From a virus (taxonomy: Duplodnaviria > Caudoviricetes): a DNA stretch of 64,000 nucleotides. Where the stretch lies: positions 1,570 to 65,569 of IMG/VR virus record IMGVR_UViG_2835163134_000004; one strand, given 5' to 3'. Positions within the stretch are counted from its first letter, which is position 1; each line of letters begins with the position of its first letter. Positions 8,437 through 17,348 of this stretch are shown here, piece after piece. The notes under the pieces are model-generated. The model was not told the origin of the DNA. It worked only from the letters and a program-made list of their open reading frames with translations, and did not search any database. The position numbers and the translations under genes are program-made.

Positions 8437-10920
8437 ATGTTGGAACAGGCGGTCGGCCTATCGGAAATCGGCTTTGCGCTGCATTGGCTGCATCAGCGGT
8501 CAAAGCGGCCCATCGGCAAGGATTGGGCGAATAAGCCCGTAAACTCGCCCCAGAAATTGCGGGATACATTCGACCCCAAGTTCAACTTGGGTGTCCGTCT
8601 CGGAAAATGGTCAAACCTCAGCGGGTTTTTCCTTTACATCATCGACGTTGATATTCGTAAGCCCGAACTTGCCCAGGACGCGCTGGACAAGCTGGGCGAC
8701 ATGCTGCCCGAATTGAACACGCATGTCGCGCCCTGCGTCGTGTCGGGTTCGGGGGGCGCAAGCCGTCACTATTACCTGCTTTGCGACAAGCCTTTCCCGT
8801 CACGGAAGTTCGCCCATAGCCCCAGCTTCACGCTGGTATGGGATGACGACAAGGGCCGTGACGTTAAGAAGTGGGATTGGGAACTCCACTTGCTTGGCAC
8901 TGGTTCGCAGGCCGTAATTCCGCCCTCGATCCACCCCGATACCGGCAAGCGGTATAAATGGATCAGGGAGTTTGACAGGTTCGACTTCGAGTTCGGCGCA
9001 ATCGACCCGGTTCCTGCCGAAGCCTTGGAGCGGCTTGTCGGCTATGAAAGCGTTGGGGAGATAAACCCCGAACGCCTTCGGCCCATGGGGCTGAGCCTGA
9101 GCGACATGCGGGATTACCTCGTTGACCTGCCGGTTGAAACGTGGGTCGAGGACCGTGACGGCTGGTATCGCCTCGGCATGGCGATTCACCACGAAACGGC
9201 GGGCAGCGTTGCGGGTTTCGACCTGTGGTGTGAGATTTCGCGCCAGTCGAAGAAGTTCGATGAGCGGGACTCCAAGCGGGTCTGGAAATCGTTCAGGGAC
9301 CGCAGCGACCGCCTGCCGTTCCGCATGGCTTCTATCGTGGCCGTGGTCAACGACATGCGGATGGAAAGCGAGTTCGAGGACTACGGCGAGGATGATCTTG
9401 ACGCCGAGGTGGCGGCGGCCCGCGCCGAGGACGAAGGCACGACGCCGGGCATGTTCGATGACCTGTTGGGCGACGCCAACGGGAAGGTGCCGGGTCGCAA
9501 GCCCTCGAAGTCCCAAGTGGCTCTGGCGCGGCAGCAAGCCGAAGATGCGCTTGGCAAAGAGGTGCCGAAATGGATCAGGCGCATGAACCAGAAGCACGCC
9601 CTTCTTCGCAACGAGGGGCGGACTGTGGTGATGGATTTCAAGGCGAACGGTGACGTTGCGTTCGGCTCTGTGTCCGATCTTCATCAGCTATATGAAAACG
9701 ACCGGCGCCCGAAAGACGATACCACGGTGCCGGTGTCGAAGCTGTGGATGCAGCATAGCGGGCGAAGGACTTACCCCAATGGGGTGGTGTTTCTGCCAGG
9801 CAAAGACCTCGAAGGGACATACAACTATTGGCAGGGCTTTTCCGTTGAGCCTGACGGCACGAAGTCGTGCGCGCTTTTCCTGCGCCACCTCCGCGAAGTC
9901 TATTGCCAGAACGACGAAGACCTTTTCAGTTACCTGATCCGGTATTTCGCCCATCTGGTCCAGCAGCCCGAGGACAAACCGGGGGTCGCGCTGGTGGTTC
10001 GCGGCGGCAAGGGCTGGGGCAAGGACACGCTGTTCGAATACATCGGGCGCCTGTGCATGAACCACTACGTCGGCGTGTCGCACAAGGATCATGTCGTCGG
10101 CAAGTTCAACCACCACGTTATGAAATGCCTCGTCCTCCACATGGAAGAAGCATTTTGGGCCGGTGATAAAGCCGCCGATGGCCAGCTAAAGAGCCTGATC
10201 ACAAGGCCGACGATCCTCATCGAACCCAAGGGGTTGAATCCCTTCACAATGAACAGCGTGCTGCGCCTGTTCATCACATCGAACGAAGATTGGGTTGTGC
10301 CAGCGACGCCGGGCGAACGCCGGTATTGCGTGTTGGACGCCAGTTCGAAACATAAGGGGAACCACGCCTATTTCCGCGCATTGCGGGCCGAGATGGACGG
10401 CGATGGTCCTGCGGCATTGCTGTATCACCTCCTGAATATCGACCTCACCGGCTTCGAAGTAAGGGAAGTGCCGAATACCGCTGCCTTGGGTGAACAGAAA
10501 CTTCAGGGCCTCAAGAACGTGGACCGCTGGTGGTTCGACGTTCTTCAGCAGGGTTACATCGAAGGGTTCGGCCGCGAAGCGGACAATATCGACACGCTGT
10601 CATGGGCCAATGGCGAAGTGAGAGTTGCGAAGGCCGAATTGCGAGAGGTATATGAGCGGTGGCTGAGAACTAGGCGCTATGACGGCGAGGCGCTTTCCCC
10701 GGTCCATTTCACGAAACGCCTGCGCTACCTGCTTCCCGGTATGGTATTGACCAGGTATCGCGGATCAGCGGGACTCGCCCAGGGGTTCGTAATTCCTGAT
10801 TTGCAGCGCGCCAGGACCGAGTTCGAAACCGCCATTGGATCGGTGATCAATTGGGAAGGCGAAGGCGCCGTTGTCGATGAAACGGAAGACGATGATCTGA
10901 GCAATGGCGAGGGGGATTGA
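8437..10920 (+). CDS. Bifunctional primase-polymerase / PriCT-2 / SF3 helicase (DUF5906-type)
   Basis: N-terminal NLGVRLG, IIDVD and GRHYY-like (SRHYY) prim-pol motifs; PriCT-2 RDGWYRLGMAIH...W..SF; Walker A GGKGWGKDT; MEEAF and ITSN motifs. Confidence 0.9.
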   Translation: MLEQAVGLSEIGFALHWLHQRSKRPIGKDWANKPVNSPQKLRDTFDPKFNLGVRLGKWSNLSGFFLYIIDVDIRKPELAQDALDKLGDMLPELNTHVAPCVVSGSGGASRHYYLLCDKPFPSRKFAHSPSFTLVWDDDKGRDVKKWDWELHLLGTGSQAVIPPSIHPDTGKRYKWIREFDRFDFEFGAIDPVPAEALERLVGYESVGEINPERLRPMGLSLSDMRDYLVDLPVETWVEDRDGWYRLGMAIHHETAGSVAGFDLWCEISRQSKKFDERDSKRVWKSFRDRSDRLPFRMASIVAVVNDMRMESEFEDYGEDDLDAEVAAARAEDEGTTPGMFDDLLGDANGKVPGRKPSKSQVALARQQAEDALGKEVPKWIRRMNQKHALLRNEGRTVVMDFKANGDVAFGSVSDLHQLYENDRRPKDDTTVPVSKLWMQHSGRRTYPNGVVFLPGKDLEGTYNYWQGFSVEPDGTKSCALFLRHLREVYCQNDEDLFSYLIRYFAHLVQQPEDKPGVALVVRGGKGWGKDTLFEYIGRLCMNHYVGVSHKDHVVGKFNHHVMKCLVLHMEEAFWAGDKAADGQLKSLITRPTILIEPKGLNPFTMNSVLRLFITSNEDWVVPATPGERRYCVLDASSKHKGNHAYFRALRAEMDGDGPAALLYHLLNIDLTGFEVREVPNTAALGEQKLQGLKNVDRWWFDVLQQGYIEGFGREADNIDTLSWANGEVRVAKAELREVYERWLRTRRYDGEALSPVHFTKRLRYLLPGMVLTRYRGSAGLAQGFVIPDLQRARTEFETAIGSVINWEGEGAVVDETEDDDLSNGEGD

Positions 10921-10928
10921 GGCGCGCC

Positions 10929-11621
10929 ATGCCAGCGTATCGCTCAGACGCCGAGACGCAAATCCGCACCGCCGTTGTTGAAGAACTGCGCCGCGTCATG
11001 CCCTGCGCCCGCATCATCCATGAGGTGAACGCTTTCTCGTTCGGCAACCGGATCGACGTGCTGGCCGTGGCAACGGATCGGATCGTTGCGGTTGAAATCA
11101 AGTCGGAGCGCGACAAGCTGGACCGGCTGGAACGCCAGATCGAGGCGATGCGCGGCATTGCCCATGTCACCATCGCCGCGCTTCACCAGAGGTTCTTGCG
11201 GCGATCCCACCTGGACGGCTTGACTGCGCCCGACGAGGCCCGTGGCGCGCTTGTGTGGGTCTATCCCAGGGCGACGCGCCACGGTCATCCCGAGGTGGGC
11301 CAGAGGTGGCTCATGCCGGGCCAATGGGGTGGTGCCGCGACGCACCGCGATATGCGGCTCAGGGATGGCTCCAAAGCCGTGACGATGCTTTGGCGCGACG
11401 AATTGATTTCGATCTGCCGCAGGGCCGGGATTGAGCGTGTTTCGGCGCTACGCATGGACGAACTGGCCGACTTGATCCGCTGGCGGCTGACCGGGGCAGA
11501 GATAACCCGTGCGGTGTGCCGCGAATTGCGGCAACGCCGCTGTGCCGAGGCCGATCCACCGATTTTTGATGATTGCGGCGCGGAGCCGCCGCGCGATCCA
11601 TTCGAAGGGCTGTTGGGATGA
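10929..11621 (+). CDS. Putative PD-(D/E)XK nuclease (sce7726/NERD-like)
   Basis: IHEV...RIDVLAV...VAVEIKSERDKLDRLERQ pattern. Confidence 0.65.
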   Translation: MPAYRSDAETQIRTAVVEELRRVMPCARIIHEVNAFSFGNRIDVLAVATDRIVAVEIKSERDKLDRLERQIEAMRGIAHVTIAALHQRFLRRSHLDGLTAPDEARGALVWVYPRATRHGHPEVGQRWLMPGQWGGAATHRDMRLRDGSKAVTMLWRDELISICRRAGIERVSALRMDELADLIRWRLTGAEITRAVCRELRQRRCAEADPPIFDDCGAEPPRDPFEGLLG

Positions 11622-11932
11622 GCGTTGTGGCACATTGCGATGAAACGCGGCGCCGCGTCAGGCTCACGCTCTGGGCCTATGCCTACGAGTTTCGCCATGA
11701 CGCCTTGGTGCCTGACGCGGTGTTCGACGCCGAGGCCCGGCGCGTCGATCTGAGCCGCAGCACCAGCCGCCCCGATCTGGACCAGTGGTGGCGCGACAAC
11801 TTCGATCCCAGCACCGGGGTATGGATCAGGCGCCACCCCGAACTGACCGTTGTGGCGCGGCTCTATGTCACGCTGAAGCGCGCCAAGCGGGCCTGGTTGA
11901 TCCGCAGCCTGTTCCGCGATGTTCTGGGGTAG
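11618..11932 (+). CDS. Stand-alone protein resembling the N-terminal subdomain of NAD-dependent ligase (LigA-related phage protein)
   Basis: RRRVRL..WAYAYEF...LVPDA.FD...W..NFDPSTG.WI..HPEL pattern; ATGA-coupled. Confidence 0.55.
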   Translation: MSVVAHCDETRRRVRLTLWAYAYEFRHDALVPDAVFDAEARRVDLSRSTSRPDLDQWWRDNFDPSTGVWIRRHPELTVVARLYVTLKRAKRAWLIRSLFRDVLG

Positions 11933-11994
11933 TGATGCCAAAGGCAAACAGTCGAGCGTAAGCTCTGAGCGGCATCACTACCCCAGCGTATTTC

Positions 11995-12336
11995 CTAGTC
12001 ACTGTCGCGCAGTGCGTCCCTCAGAGCGTCGTCAACCATTTTGTCGAAGGTCAGTTGGTCAGGATCGTCCTTGCCGTAGGGGTAGTTCGGCTCCGCGTCC
12101 AGGATCACACTCCTGATGAAGTCCCCCTTGAGTTCCCCTGCCATCATCTTCCCGAGACGTTTGGCAACGTTGGTTTCAATTTTTGCCCGCTGTCGATCCA
12201 TCTGTTCAACTGCGTCAGTCAACCTGCTGAGTGCGTCGATGAGTAGATCGCTCGGGTGAACGCCATCGCTGTTAAGCGCAAGCTTGGCACTGGAAAGTTG
12301 ACGTCTAATCTCAGCGAAATCATAAGGTTGTGACAT
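11995..12336 (-). CDS. Hypothetical protein, lower-GC insert
   Basis: Opposite strand to its neighbours and visibly more AT-rich; divergent from 12434. Confidence 0.55.
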   Translation of the reverse strand: MSQPYDFAEIRRQLSSAKLALNSDGVHPSDLLIDALSRLTDAVEQMDRQRAKIETNVAKRLGKMMAGELKGDFIRSVILDAEPNYPYGKDDPDQLTFDKMVDDALRDALRDSD

Positions 12337-12433
12337 GACTTTCCCTAACTTTGTTGTTCGGTGTAGCACCTAGCTTGATACTATATGCCTTGCGAGATTA
12401 CACTCAACCGCAATTTGAAAAACGGAGGTGGGA

Positions 12434-13108
12434 ATGAGTTCACCGGAAATTTGGGCGACGGTAGTGTTTCTTGGAGTTTGCTTCCTGAGTTATCTAGTTT
12501 ACGGCCCTGCGCCTTCATCCGAACTGCATGACACAAATTCTGGGGAGGTTGTCAGTTTAATTGACCTTGGATCGCGTGCTCCCAAGGCGGCTGGCATATA
12601 CCATGCTGTTTTGATACGACAATCTGGTAATGTTTATCGCGATCTTGGGCTATTTCCGTCGGCGCAGGCGGCACTGGCCGAGGCGTGTAAATCTTTTCGT
12701 AGGGCGAGCGTTGAGATGGTGCGTATTACACATTGCGACGAGACTTCAATGGCGGTCTATCGCAAAATTTACAATTTTCGGGGGCGAGCGGAAGGCAAAA
12801 AATTAGCAGGCGTCACTATCAGGCTTGTTGAAGCTGCTCCCTCGCGTCCCATTGATCAACTGGAAATTAGTTTCCGGGATGCTGAGAATAAGGGGGGAAC
12901 AAAATGGGTAGTCTACTTCAATTACCGTTGCAAAAAGTGCGGAGGAACAAAAATTGAAACACCGGATGCGAAGAATGAACTTGGCGTGGTATTTTGCGAA
13001 GGGTGTGGGCATAATTTTGGAACTCTTGCGGAGGTATCCGAGTTGTCCAATAGAAAAGCCGAATATGAGGTTCTACGGTTAGAATCAGAGCGGGCCGGAG
13101 GGAGGTGA
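12434..13108 (+). CDS. Membrane-anchored hypothetical protein with C-terminal Zn-finger (moron-like)
   Basis: GGAGG SD; N-terminal hydrophobic helix; CKKCG...CEGCG; low GC. Confidence 0.7.
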   Translation: MSSPEIWATVVFLGVCFLSYLVYGPAPSSELHDTNSGEVVSLIDLGSRAPKAAGIYHAVLIRQSGNVYRDLGLFPSAQAALAEACKSFRRASVEMVRITHCDETSMAVYRKIYNFRGRAEGKKLAGVTIRLVEAAPSRPIDQLEISFRDAENKGGTKWVVYFNYRCKKCGGTKIETPDAKNELGVVFCEGCGHNFGTLAEVSELSNRKAEYEVLRLESERAGGR

Positions 13109-13115
13109 AATAGGA

Positions 13116-13388
13116 ATGAAGAAGTTCCACTGCACCGCGCCACTTATCATCGGGGCGAACCGCTATGCCGCGAAGTGCTTCCGCTGCGGCAGGCGCATCG
13201 AACCGGGCCAAGGCCAGGTCATTGCGCCTAGCGCCGCCATGGACGCGGTGTGGCACGCCAGTGGCACGGGCTGGCATACCGGCTATCCCCAGCGCGTGCT
13301 TGTGACGCAGCACGCGGAGTGCGCCGCGATCTGGGGCGGCTCGACGCATCATCGCATCCATGGGCCTTGCCTCGCCCCGCCGCTGTGA
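13116..13388 (+). CDS. Hypothetical Cys/His-containing protein
   Basis: ORF with CFRCG and HAEC; AGGA before the ATG. Confidence 0.55.
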   Translation: MKKFHCTAPLIIGANRYAAKCFRCGRRIEPGQGQVIAPSAAMDAVWHASGTGWHTGYPQRVLVTQHAECAAIWGGSTHHRIHGPCLAPPL

Positions 13389-13406
13389 AACGCCCGCTCT
13401 GCGGCC

Positions 13407-13697
13407 CTAGAAACGTCCTTCTCTGGCATTGTCGCAGAACTCGTCTAGCCGCTTCGTCCGGTTCAGATGGGTGATGATTTCCCTGGTCCGTGCTTCAACC
13501 ACTTCGGTGGCGGCATCGGTGCTGATCATCATGTGCCGCGCCCCGGTGGCGCGTTCCAGATCGGCTTGGAGCGGAACGGCTTGGCCCGAGACAGGGGTGA
13601 GCGTGGCGCGGACCAGCGCAAAACCTGTGACGCGCCACGGGGCGCATGTTTCACCACGACCGCCATTCTTCTTCGCCATGAGCCACATTCTGCGCAC
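13407..13697 (-). CDS. Hypothetical protein
   Basis: ORF track only; start uncertain. Confidence 0.35.
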   Translation of the reverse strand: MRRMWLMAKKNGGRGETCAPWRVTGFALVRATLTPVSGQAVPLQADLERATGARHMMISTDAATEVVEARTREIITHLNRTKRLDEFCDNAREGRF

Positions 13698-13779
13698 CCC
13701 TTGCCATGGATTCCATCGCCTCGATCCTATTCCGTCGCGGTGCGCCGAAGCGAGGCGTGACGCGGGCCGAATTTGGGCC

Positions 13780-14096
13780 GTTCAGGGTTGTTACCCTGAA
13801 CAGTTCAGGGTAAAAAATCGCCACCCTGAACACCTAAGTCTATGATATTTATGACGAAAAGACTGGTGTTCAGGGTGTGCAGGGTAAAATTGGGGAAAAT
13901 CGCCAGGAATCTGGGAAAAGCGTCTCAAAGTAGTTCAATGATTAAACTATATCAGATTTTCAGGAATCAGGATGAAAAACCACCATGAACACCCTGAACA
14001 CCCTGAACACTACCATATATTCCAAGTAAAATATAATAAATATATATACTTAGGGTGTTCAGGGTAGTGTTCAGGGTAAACCCATATGTTCAGGGT
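13780..14096. repeat. Iteron-like 9-bp repeats around an AT-rich core (candidate replication origin)
   Basis: ACCCTGAAC at 13793, 13823, 13991 and 14000; its complement GTTCAGGGT at 13780, 13803, 13868, 14057, 14069 and 14088; AT-rich tract at about 14010-14050. Confidence 0.75.
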
Positions 14097-14107
14097 AAAC
14101 CTTCCTT

Positions 14108-14337
14108 CGTTCGATCCTATATTATTTCAAGCCTAAATAGTTGCAAATGCAATTGAATAGGATCGAACGAGTGGGGTATTTTGATACCACTGAAAATGGG
14201 GGTAAAAATTTCGGGTCGCCCCGGCTCAAAATCCGTCGATACGTTCCATCCGTCGATAGGATCGAACGGAAAACCGGGCCAGCGATGGAACCTATCCCAT
14301 CCGTCGATACGTTCCATCCGTCGATAGGATCGAACGG
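14108..14337. repeat. 13-bp ATAGGATCGAACG motif (4 copies) and a 39-bp direct repeat
   Basis: Inverted copy at 14108-14120; direct copies at 14157, 14256 and 14324; identical 39-mers at 14231-14269 and 14299-14337. Confidence 0.85.
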
Positions 14338-14544
14338 CGGGCCAGCCGACAGCATCACCCCGGTTCACAGCCGTGGCCCGGTTGTCGGTTGAGCGTCAGT
14401 CTCGAAATCGACGCGGATTGTCAGTAGGTCGTCGGTTTGGAAAGTGGCACGGCCGCAGAACCGCAATGCCGCTGAACCGGAGTGCCGTCAGACGCGGGGA
14501 ATTGGGCGTTTCCACCGAAAAAACTGAAAAAGTGCCGATCAACC

Positions 14545-14590
14545 GAGCCTCGGAGCCTCCCCCCGGCAGGGCCTGGGCCGGGAAGGACCC
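14545..14590 (-). other. Candidate cos site (cosQ-like plus G-rich nick region)
   Basis: Minus strand reads GGGTCCTTCC...CCGGGGGGAGGCTCCG. GGGTCCT equals lambda cosQ and precedes a G-rich run at lambda-like spacing; the terminase is GpA type. Confidence 0.4.
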
Positions 14591-14604
14591 GAAGCCAAGC
14601 CCTG

Positions 14605-14810
14605 CCGGGCCAGCGGATCGACGGGGGAACGGATCGACGGGGGAACGGATCGACGGGGGAACGGATCGACGGGGGAACGGATCGACGGGGGAACGGATCG
14701 ACGGGGGAACGGATCGACGGGCCAGCGGATCGACGGGCCAGCGGATAGACGGGCCAGCGGATCGACGGGCCACGCCGGGCCAGACGGATCGACGGGGGAA
14801 CGGATCGACC
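14605..14810 (+). repeat. 16-bp tandem array GGATCGACGG(GGGAAC/GCCAGC)
   Basis: Six consecutive GGATCGACGGGGGAAC from 14615, four GGATCGACGGGCCAGC-type units from 14711, one more GGGAAC unit at 14786 and a hybrid unit at 14802. Confidence 0.95.
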
Positions 14811-15008
14811 GGCCCGGCGCCTTGGCGTGCTGATCCTCGAGCGGCTGGCGTGCTGATCCTCGAGCGGCTGGCGTGCTGATCCTCGACCGGCCCGGCGCCC
14901 TGATCCTCGACCGGCCCGGCGCCCTGATCCTCGACCGGCTGGCGCCCTGATCCTCGACCGGCTGGCGCCCTGGCGCCCCGATCCTCGACCGGCACGCGGC
15001 GCCCTGGC
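14811..15008 (+). repeat. 23/24-bp modular array A1 (7 units)
   Basis: GATCCTCGA[C/G]CGGC[T|CC]GGCG[CCCT|CCCC|TGCT]; cores at 14832-14980. Confidence 0.95.
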
Positions 15009-15009
15009 G

Positions 15010-15070
15010 TCAAAACTTGTTATTGCCCGATCAACAAAAGGTTGACCGCGTAACGCGGCAATGGCAGATT
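15010..15070 (+). promoter_or_regulatory. Early promoter with operator palindrome (copy 1)
   Basis: TCAAAAC..GTTATTG...TCAACAAAAGGTTGACCGC; TCAAC-N5-GTTGA at 15031-15045; TTGACC-N17-CAGATT. Confidence 0.7.
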
Positions 15071-15100
15071 AAGACGTGACGCGAATCTAGGGGAATTGAA

Positions 15101-15319
15101 ATGATCAAAGATGAATTGACCATTTGGCGCCTGACGTGGAGTCATGCGACCGGCGTTTATTGGCTGGCAATGCGCCTTTGCCAGCGTGACGACTCCGAGG
15201 CTTGGCTGGATATTTTCCGCAAAGATGAGCGCGGCGTTACCTTTGCGGCAAGCCGCAAGAAACCCGCTTTGCCTGACAATGCGCGCCAAATGGCGCGGCA
15301 TGTTGCAATGTTTCGCTGA
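15101..15319 (+). CDS. Hypothetical protein, early cassette 1
   Basis: First ORF after the promoter; GGGGA SD. Confidence 0.7.
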   Translation: MIKDELTIWRLTWSHATGVYWLAMRLCQRDDSEAWLDIFRKDERGVTFAASRKKPALPDNARQMARHVAMFR

Positions 15320-15333
15320 TAGGAGTCGATCCG

Positions 15334-15744
15334 ATGAAAACCAGTGTAACCAACAAAATCACCACGGGGCATTTCAGCCTGCGCGACTCCTTTGATATTC
15401 CCGCAGGCACGCCGGTAATCTTCGGGGCGCCGGATTGTGACGGGAAGCCTTTCCCGCATTGGGTGCTGGCCGAAGAAACCGCCGCGCGGCTTTCCGGCAA
15501 TCCGCACGACGCCGCGCGGCGGTTTATCGTGGTGCATCCCGATCACGTCACCCCGGCGCCGGGTGACGGCTACGCCGCACAACTGGCTCATAGCCGCGCC
15601 AATTTGCCAACGCTGGCCGAAGTCAGGGCCATGGCCCGGCGTGAAAAGCGGGAAATTGTGCAGCGCGTGCTTATGGCGGATGACACAATTGCCTGTATCA
15701 AAGCTGGGCCGCGTGGCGGCCTGAAGATTCTCGGCCGGTTTTAA
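15334..15744 (+). CDS. Hypothetical protein, early cassette 1
   Basis: AGGAG SD; tight operon packing. Confidence 0.7.
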   Translation: MKTSVTNKITTGHFSLRDSFDIPAGTPVIFGAPDCDGKPFPHWVLAEETAARLSGNPHDAARRFIVVHPDHVTPAPGDGYAAQLAHSRANLPTLAEVRAMARREKREIVQRVLMADDTIACIKAGPRGGLKILGRF

Positions 15745-15758
15745 GGGGAGTCCAGACA

Positions 15759-15983
15759 ATGCGCCCCCTGATCACTGGCCCGAAGCTGGCAACCGATGAA
15801 TATATCTATTCGCGCGGCAAGGCGTCGCGCGACGCGGCCGAAGAACGGATTGAGTCGCTGATCTGTGAAGGGGAGATAAGCCCGGCGGAAAAGCCGCGTG
15901 CCGCGCGTTACACGCTGGCCGATGGCGTCACAGCACGCTGGGCCATTGTTTTGACCGATACCGCCCTTTCGCCCTACGTCTGA
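15759..15983 (+). CDS. Hypothetical protein, early cassette 1
   Basis: GGGGAG SD; last ORF before the terminator. Confidence 0.7.
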   Translation: MRPLITGPKLATDEYIYSRGKASRDAAEERIESLICEGEISPAEKPRAARYTLADGVTARWAIVLTDTALSPYV

Positions 15984-15986
15984 TCC

Positions 15987-16026
15987 GCACGCCAGCACGC
16001 CAGCACGCCAGCACGCCAGCACGCCG
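15987..16026 (+). repeat. 8-bp tandem repeat (GCACGCCA)x~5
   Basis: Four perfect copies and one variant; reverse complement of the TGGCGTGC module of the 23/24-bp arrays. Confidence 0.9.
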
Positions 16027-16060
16027 GGCCGCCCTACATAGGGCGGCCATTTGCTTTTCT
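16027..16060 (+). terminator. Rho-independent terminator of cassette 1
   Basis: GGCCGCCCT-ACAT-AGGGCGGCC followed by ATTTGCTTTTCT. Confidence 0.75.
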
Positions 16061-17250
16061 GGCCCGGCGCCCCGATCCTCGACCGGCTGGCGTGCTGATC
16101 CTCGAGCGGCCCGGCGCCCCGATCCTCGACCGGCCCGGCGCCCCGATCCTCGACCGGCCCGGCGCCCCGATCCTCGACCGGCCCGGCGCCCTGATCCTCG
16201 ACCGGCTGGCGCCCTGATCCTCGACCGCCCCGGCGTGCTGATCCTCGACCGGCTGGCGTGCTGATCCTCGACCGGCTGGCGCCCTGATCCTCGACCGCCC
16301 CGGCGCCCTGATCCTCGACCGGCTGGCGCCCTGATCCTCGACCGGCTGGCGCCCTGATCCTCGACCGGCTGGCGTGCTGATCCTCGAGCGGCTGGCGCCC
16401 CGATCCTCGAGCGGCCCGGCGTGCTGGCGTGCTGATCCTCGACCGGCTGGCGCCCTGATCCTCGAGCGGCTGGCGCCCTGATCCTCGAGCGGCTGGCGCC
16501 CCGATCCTCGAGCGGCCCGGCGTGCTGGCGTGCTGATCCTCGACCGGGCTGGCGCCCTGGCGCCCTGATCCTCGACCGGGCTGGCGCCCTGATCCTCGAG
16601 CGGCTGGCGCCCTGATCCTCGAGCGGCTGGCGTGCTGGCGCCCTGATCCTCGACCGGCCCGGCGTGCTGATCCTCGAGCGGCCCGGCGCCCTGATCCTCG
16701 AGCGGCCCGGCGCCCTGATCCTCGACCGGCTGGCGCCCTGATCCTCGACCGCCCCGGCGTGCTGATCCTCGACCGGCCCGGCGTGCTGATCCTCGAGCGG
16801 CTGGCGTGCTGGCGTGCTGATCCTCGAGCGGCTGGCGCCCCGATCCCCGACCGGCCCGGCGCCTGATCCTCGAGCGGCTGGCGCCCCGATCCCCGACCGG
16901 CCCGGCGCCTGATCCTCGAGCGGCTGGCGCCCCGATCCTCGACCGGCCCGGCGCCCTGGCGTGCTGATCCTCGAGCGGCTGGCGCCCCGATCCTCGAGCG
17001 GCCCGGCGCCCTGATCCTCGACCGGCTGGCGCCCCGATCCTCGACCGGCCCGGCGTGCTGATCCTCGAGCGGGCTGGCGCCCTGATCCTCGAGCGGCTGG
17101 CGCCCTGATCCTCGAGCGGCTGGCGCCCCGATCCTCGACCGGCTGGCGTGCTGATCCTCGAGCGGCCCGGCGCCCCGATCCTCGACCGGCCCGGCGCCCC
17201 GATCCTCGAGCGGCTGGCGCCCCGATCCTCGACCGGCTGGCGCCCTGGTG
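16061..17250 (+). repeat. 23/24-bp modular array A2 (48 units)
   Basis: 48 GATCC[T/C]CGA cores counted between 16074 and 17224; period 23-24 bp, or 31-32 bp where an extra 8-mer is present. Confidence 0.98.
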
Positions 17251-17311
17251 TCAAAACCCGTTATTGCGTGGTCAACAAAAGGTTGACCGCATAACCTGAA
17301 ACCGGCAATCT
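17251..17311 (+). promoter_or_regulatory. Early promoter with operator palindrome (copy 2)
   Basis: Near copy of 15010-15050 (TCAAAAC..GTTATTG...TCAACAAAAGGTTGACCGC); operator at 17272-17286; TTGACC-N17-CAATCT. Confidence 0.7.
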
Positions 17312-17348
17312 AAACACACGGCGAATCGCGCCTGAAAGGAACGCAGGA

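Noticed and set aside
13687-13698. Minus-strand GGTGCGCAGAAT resembling the phage chi cohesive end as I recall it
   Set aside because: It lies in a probable ORF start and has no cosQ-like neighbour; the 14545-14590 candidate has better context. Only terminus mapping can decide.
13980-14100. Alphaproteobacterial LexA box (GTTC-N7-GTTC) in the GAAC/GTTC repeats
   Set aside because: Spacings between adjacent half-sites are N5 and N8, not N7.
16034-17254. 406-aa minus-strand ORF (and similar ORFs at 14396-15013 and 21865-23226) over the arrays
   Set aside because: The repeat's minus strand contains no stop triplets in any frame and the 23/24-bp period scrambles the frame; there is no SD and the product is low-complexity. 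Artefact.
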